Positions 60,985-64,000 of a stretch of DNA of 64,000 nt are shown piece after piece. The notes under the pieces are model-generated. The model saw only the letters and a list, made by a program, of their open reading frames with translations. It searched no databases and had not been told where the DNA came from. The position numbers and the translations under genes were made by a program. How positions within the stretch are numbered: position 1 is the first letter of the stretch; every line of letters begins with the position of its first letter. Source of the stretch: a virus (Duplodnaviria; Caudoviricetes); the IMG/VR virus record IMGVR_UViG_2974682767_000001, positions 5,898-69,897 of that record, one strand, 5' to 3'.

Positions 60985-61039
60985 GGCGGGTCGTTCCCGC
61001 CTACAAGAAAGACAATACCGTATCGGTCGGGATTGTCAA
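60985..61039 (-). promoter_or_regulatory. conserved promoter cassette
   Basis: TTGACA ATCCCGACCGATACGG TATTGT, then GGCGGG-AACGA-CCCGCC. Confidence 0.85.
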
Positions 61040-61058
61040 ATCGCCTGGTTGCAAGCGG

Positions 61059-61211
61059 TCACAGCGTGCCCATCAGCCAGCCGACGGGCAGCGCCAGGAA
61101 CGGCGCGACGACCAGAATGGCCCCCATCTCGGTCAGGAACGAGCTGCCCCAGCGGTCGCCGAGCAGGACGAGCACCAGGCCGATGAGCACCAGCACGCCG
61201 AGACTCACCAT
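61059..61211 (-). CDS. small 2-TM membrane protein
   Basis: Hydrophobic ~50 aa. Confidence 0.6.
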   Translation of the reverse strand: MVSLGVLVLIGLVLVLLGDRWGSSFLTEMGAILVVAPFLALPVGWLMGTL

Positions 61212-61465
61212 TGCCGAGGCACCCCCACCACGATGTCCTGGCCGAGACGCCGGGCGTCGGCGGCGATGGCCAGCATGTCCCGTTGCCACGGGGCCAGCCC
61301 CGTGCCGCCCAGCGCCTCGTATGTGGTCGCCAGCTCCAGCCAGCGGCGGCGCTCGCGCTCGGGGGCCAGGATGGCGTCCAGCTCGCCGAGGGACCACCGT
61401 GTGGCGAGCCGGGCGACCCTGCGCGCCCGCAGGCGGTGGCGCTGGAGGCGTAGACGGCGCATCAC
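61205..61465 (-). CDS. hypothetical Arg-rich protein
   Basis: GTGA overlap. Confidence 0.6.
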   Translation of the reverse strand: MMRRLRLQRHRLRARRVARLATRWSLGELDAILAPERERRRWLELATTYEALGGTGLAPWQRDMLAIAADARRLGQDIVVGVPRQW

Positions 61466-61815
61466 GGGACCACCAGCCGGAACTCGCTGCGGAGGAGGCA
61501 ATGGCGCTTGCCGCGCGTGGTGCGCAGGCAGAACAGCGGCGTGCCGTCGCCGGTCGTGGTGGCCATCGTGATGGTGGCCCGCATCCCGGCGTACTCCACG
61601 ACATCGCCCACGACGACATCGGCGCGGAACGGGTCGCCCACACGCGCCAGGATGGCCTCAAACGCCGCGTGCTGGGCGCTGGCCTTGGTCGTGTGCCCGG
61701 CGGTCGCCACGCACGGCCCGAGGGCGCGCCAGGCGGGTCCGGTGACCGGCCCACGCTCCACGGTGTACGCCCCGGCGCGGTACTGGCTGTCCTGGTCGCC
61801 CCGGTGCCACTTCAT
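61462..61815 (-). CDS. hypothetical protein
   Basis: ATGA overlap. Confidence 0.7.
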   Translation of the reverse strand: MKWHRGDQDSQYRAGAYTVERGPVTGPAWRALGPCVATAGHTTKASAQHAAFEAILARVGDPFRADVVVGDVVEYAGMRATITMATTTGDGTPLFCLRTTRGKRHCLLRSEFRLVVP

Positions 61816-62054
61816 CGGGCCACGCCGTCCTGATAGAACACGTCCCGGCCCTGCTGGCTGTAGTACGCCCTGATGCGGGCCGATAGCGTGGCGATGGGCC
61901 GGTTGAGTGCCTTGGCGGCGTCGTGCTCGCCGGACGCGGTGAGGATGGCCTGCGCGGTGGCGAGGGTCTGCCGCGTCTTGCTCGCGCGGTTCACCCCCGA
62001 CCGGCTGGTGATGGGTTTGGCCACATCGGCGACGTGGCTGGCGGTGATGCTCAT
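61812..62054 (-). CDS. hypothetical protein
   Basis: AGGAGG RBS with CACAACC element. Confidence 0.75.
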   Translation of the reverse strand: MSITASHVADVAKPITSRSGVNRASKTRQTLATAQAILTASGEHDAAKALNRPIATLSARIRAYYSQQGRDVFYQDGVAR

Positions 62055-62078
62055 GGGGGTCCTCCTGGTGGTTGTGGG

Positions 62079-62252
62079 TTACAGCAGTCGGCTGATGCCG
62101 GTGGGGATGCGGGCCGAGCCGCCACACCCGCACAGCGTGCGGGCGGCGTACTCGGGCGAGGGGCAGCAGGCGTTTGCGTGGAACTCGTCCCACCACTCCT
62201 CGCGGGTCATGGCCTCGGCGAACGCCTGGCCGAGGTTGGCCGGGCGCGCCAT
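62079..62252 (-). CDS. small Cys-containing protein
   Basis: Start overlaps upstream TGA. Confidence 0.65.
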   Translation of the reverse strand: MARPANLGQAFAEAMTREEWWDEFHANACCPSPEYAARTLCGCGGSARIPTGISRLL

Positions 62253-62455
62253 CAGCCGCACGCCTTGGCCATGCGCAGGTACTCCCACCCCTGCGCGATG
62301 AGGTCGGCCTGGATGTCCTCGCCAGCGAACAGCTCGGCGCGGTCGGCCATGTCCTGCGCCGCCTGGAGCAGGATGGACTTGCGCTCGGCGAGCTGCACCC
62401 GCGCCTCGGCGGCGTTGCGGGCGGTGAGCCGGGGGAGAGTGAGCGTGGTGTCCAT
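62252..62455 (-). CDS. small hypothetical protein driven by cassette
   Basis: GAGGAGG RBS. Confidence 0.75.
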   Translation of the reverse strand: MDTTLTLPRLTARNAAEARVQLAERKSILLQAAQDMADRAELFAGEDIQADLIAQGWEYLRMAKACG

Positions 62456-62478
62456 GTGGACCTCCTCGGGGTCAGGGC

Positions 62479-62537
62479 GGCGGGGCGGTCCCGCCTGCTG
62501 ATGAGAACTACTTTACCGTAAAACTCGGGATTGTCAA
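62479..62537 (-). promoter_or_regulatory. conserved promoter cassette
   Basis: TTGACA ATCCCGAGTTTTACGG TAAAGT, then GGCGGG-ACCGC-CCCGCC. Confidence 0.85.
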
Positions 62538-62671
62538 ACCGGCACCACCACGCTGCCGGTCATCTTGTGTTCGCGCTGGTAGGCGCGTGCCTCGTCGTAG
62601 CTGTCGAACGGCCCGTAATCGCCCATGTCCCACTCGATGACGTGGGGGCGGGCGTCCGCCGCGCCGGTCAT
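62534..62671 (-). CDS. 45-aa hypothetical protein (below ORF track cutoff)
   Basis: ATGA overlap; MTGAADARPHVIEWDMGDYGPFDSYDEA...; stop lies in next -35. Confidence 0.65.
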   Translation of the reverse strand: MTGAADARPHVIEWDMGDYGPFDSYDEARAYQREHKMTGSVVVPV

Positions 62672-62940
62672 CGGCGTGCGGCGTAGCGCCGCCAGTTGCC
62701 GTTACCGCTGCCCTGGACGAACATGCCCCGCGCGTCCAGGTAGTCCAGGACGCTGCGCACGTCGTGGCTGTCGGCCTTGACGATGCGGGCGAGCTGGCTG
62801 GGGCTGTAGTCGCCGCCGCGCTCGGTCAGGGCGGCGTCGATCTTGCCGACGAGCCGGTTGCCCTCGGGGGTCAGCAGGCTGTAGACGCGGCGTCCGCCGA
62901 TGACCTCCACCGGGCTGGTCTGGTCGATGACGTTGCTCAT
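62668..62940 (-). CDS. winged-helix-like DNA-binding protein
   Basis: YSPSQLARIVKADSHDVRSVLDYLDARG...WRRY. Confidence 0.7.
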   Translation of the reverse strand: MSNVIDQTSPVEVIGGRRVYSLLTPEGNRLVGKIDAALTERGGDYSPSQLARIVKADSHDVRSVLDYLDARGMFVQGSGNGNWRRYAARR

Positions 62941-62957
62941 GGTGTTCCTCCTGGTCC

Positions 62958-63013
62958 GGCGGGTCGTTCCCGCCTCACATGAACCACAATACCGTAAAAG
63001 TCGGGAAAGTCAA
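62958..63013 (-). promoter_or_regulatory. conserved promoter cassette
   Basis: TTGACT TTCCCGACTTTTACGG TATTGT, then GGCGGG-AACGA-CCCGCC. Confidence 0.85.
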
Positions 63014-63055
63014 ACCCTGGCCAGATTATGCGTCTGACCAGGGCCGACGAGTCGT

Positions 63056-63778
63056 CTACCGTGTCTGCGCGATGATCGAGAACCGCAGCCCGCAGACGTA
63101 GCGGCTGACGACCTTGTGCGGGCCGGGGTTCTTGCGCGGGTCCAGCTCGCGCACCTCGGCGGCGACATCCATGAGCGCGGTGGCGCGCTTGAACGCCCAC
63201 AGGTCGCCCTCGTTGGTGACGCTGCGGCCACGGGTCAGGTAGTCCGCCTCATCGCGCACGTACATCTTGAGGGCCGTCTGCGCGGCGGCGAGGTCGGTGC
63301 CCTGGTGGATGCTGACGTGGGCCATTGCGCGGTCCTCGTCGCTGGCCCGGCTGTTGTCGGTGTCCCGCGTGACGTAGAACGTGGTGACCGGCTCGGCCTT
63401 GGCCGGTGCCTCCAGGACCAGCCCGCCGTCGGCGGTGGGGGTGCCCTCGGCCAGGATCGCCTCGGCGGCGTCCACGTCGGCCTGCTCGGTCATCTCGGCC
63501 TCGGCGACAGCGGCGCGCAGCTCGGCCTCGGACACGACCGGCACCACGATGATCTCGAAAAACGTCTTGCCGTCGCAGTACGGGACGCCGACGCGCCACC
63601 GCTTGGATTCCTTGACGGCCAGGTCCTCGCGCCCGTTGAACGACAACTGGCCCCAGGTGGCCGTCTCGCGGGTGTCGCCGTGGAGGCACAGCACCGCGTG
63701 GGTGTAGACGCGGGCGGTGCCGCGCTTGATCTGGGTGCCGTCGGGGGCGGTGGCGATGAAGGTGGTTTTGGTGGCCAT
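63056..63778 (-). CDS. hypothetical protein driven by cassette
   Basis: AGGAGG RBS; 240 aa. Confidence 0.85.
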   Translation of the reverse strand: MATKTTFIATAPDGTQIKRGTARVYTHAVLCLHGDTRETATWGQLSFNGREDLAVKESKRWRVGVPYCDGKTFFEIIVVPVVSEAELRAAVAEAEMTEQADVDAAEAILAEGTPTADGGLVLEAPAKAEPVTTFYVTRDTDNSRASDEDRAMAHVSIHQGTDLAAAQTALKMYVRDEADYLTRGRSVTNEGDLWAFKRATALMDVAAEVRELDPRKNPGPHKVVSRYVCGLRFSIIAQTR

Positions 63779-63796
63779 GTCGGTCCTCCTGCTCGG

Positions 63797-63851
63797 GGCG
63801 GGTCGTTCCCGCCTACAAGAACCACAATACCGTAGAAGTCGGGAAAGTCAA
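63797..63851 (-). promoter_or_regulatory. conserved promoter cassette
   Basis: TTGACT TTCCCGACTTCTACGG TATTGT, then GGCGGG-AACGA-CCCGCC. Confidence 0.85.
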
Positions 63852-63928
63852 ACCCCAATTCCGCGCAGATTTCCTCCAGGTATTTCGGGGTCCCCTGGTA
63901 CCGACCCCGGCGTCCGGCTCTGGTGTCG

Positions 63929-63956
63929 AGAATACCGTAAAAGTCGGGAAAGTCAA
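63929..63956 (-). promoter_or_regulatory. conserved promoter, tandem upstream copy
   Basis: TTGACT TTCCCGACTTTTACGG TATTCT. Confidence 0.8.
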
Positions 63957-63966
63957 CCCCGTTCCC

Positions 63967-63994
63967 GCGAGTTTCCCGAACTGGGCGGTAGACT
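63967..63994 (+). promoter_or_regulatory. family-like promoter pointing out of the window
   Basis: GCGAGT TTCCCGAACTGGGCGG TAGACT, then 6 nt to window end. Confidence 0.5.
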
Positions 63995-64000
63995 GCGGGC

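Noticed and set aside
63490-63858. ORF beginning MGFDFPDFYGIVVLVGG, and similar translated motifs in other ORFs
   Set aside because: The peptide is just the translation of the conserved promoter DNA and overlaps a better gene; the SD-to-start spacing is too long.
54992-63956. Repeated ~55-bp elements as a CRISPR array, given a Cas4-like nuclease in the genome
   Set aside because: Repeats are separated by whole genes at irregular distances and parse as promoters. No other cas genes were seen, and standalone PD-(D/E)XK nucleases are common in phages.

Overview
This window is most of the genome of a high-GC, apparently lytic siphovirus of a mycolic-acid-containing actinobacterial host. Its gene order resembles cluster B mycobacteriophages; this assignment is from recognition, not a database search. 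It starts inside a MuF-like/capsid-maturation-protease fusion gene. The + strand then carries head, tail, tape-measure and minor-tail genes (to ~29.6 kb), followed by a small reverse HTH block and the lysis cassette (lysin A, holin, lysin B; 31.4-34.5 kb). A minus-strand replication arm (SSB-like, PD-(D/E)XK exonuclease, SF2 helicase, primase-polymerase/helicase, family A polymerase) runs to ~49.3 kb, and the window ends in small accessory genes. I saw no integrase, tRNA or CRISPR array. The most interesting signal is non-coding, a layered cis-regulatory code. (1) About 16 sigma-A-like promoters share a CCG-N7-CGG palindrome in the spacer, and 8 of them are followed by an invariant GGCGGG-N5-CCCGCC stem. 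(2) A second promoter class, GCAC-N10-TAnnnT with no -35, precedes the capsid, major tail, head-tail adaptor, lysin A and a basic protein gene. (3) A CACAACC element precedes about 11 ribosome-binding sites. (4) CTAACC boxes cluster around a ribbon-helix-helix gene. Two protein-level observations also stand out: a candidate frameshifting tail-chaperone pair displaced downstream of the tape measure, and a 16-aa copy of the capsid scaffold/shell junction inside the protease fusion. All regulatory and functional assignments were made by eye and are unverified.
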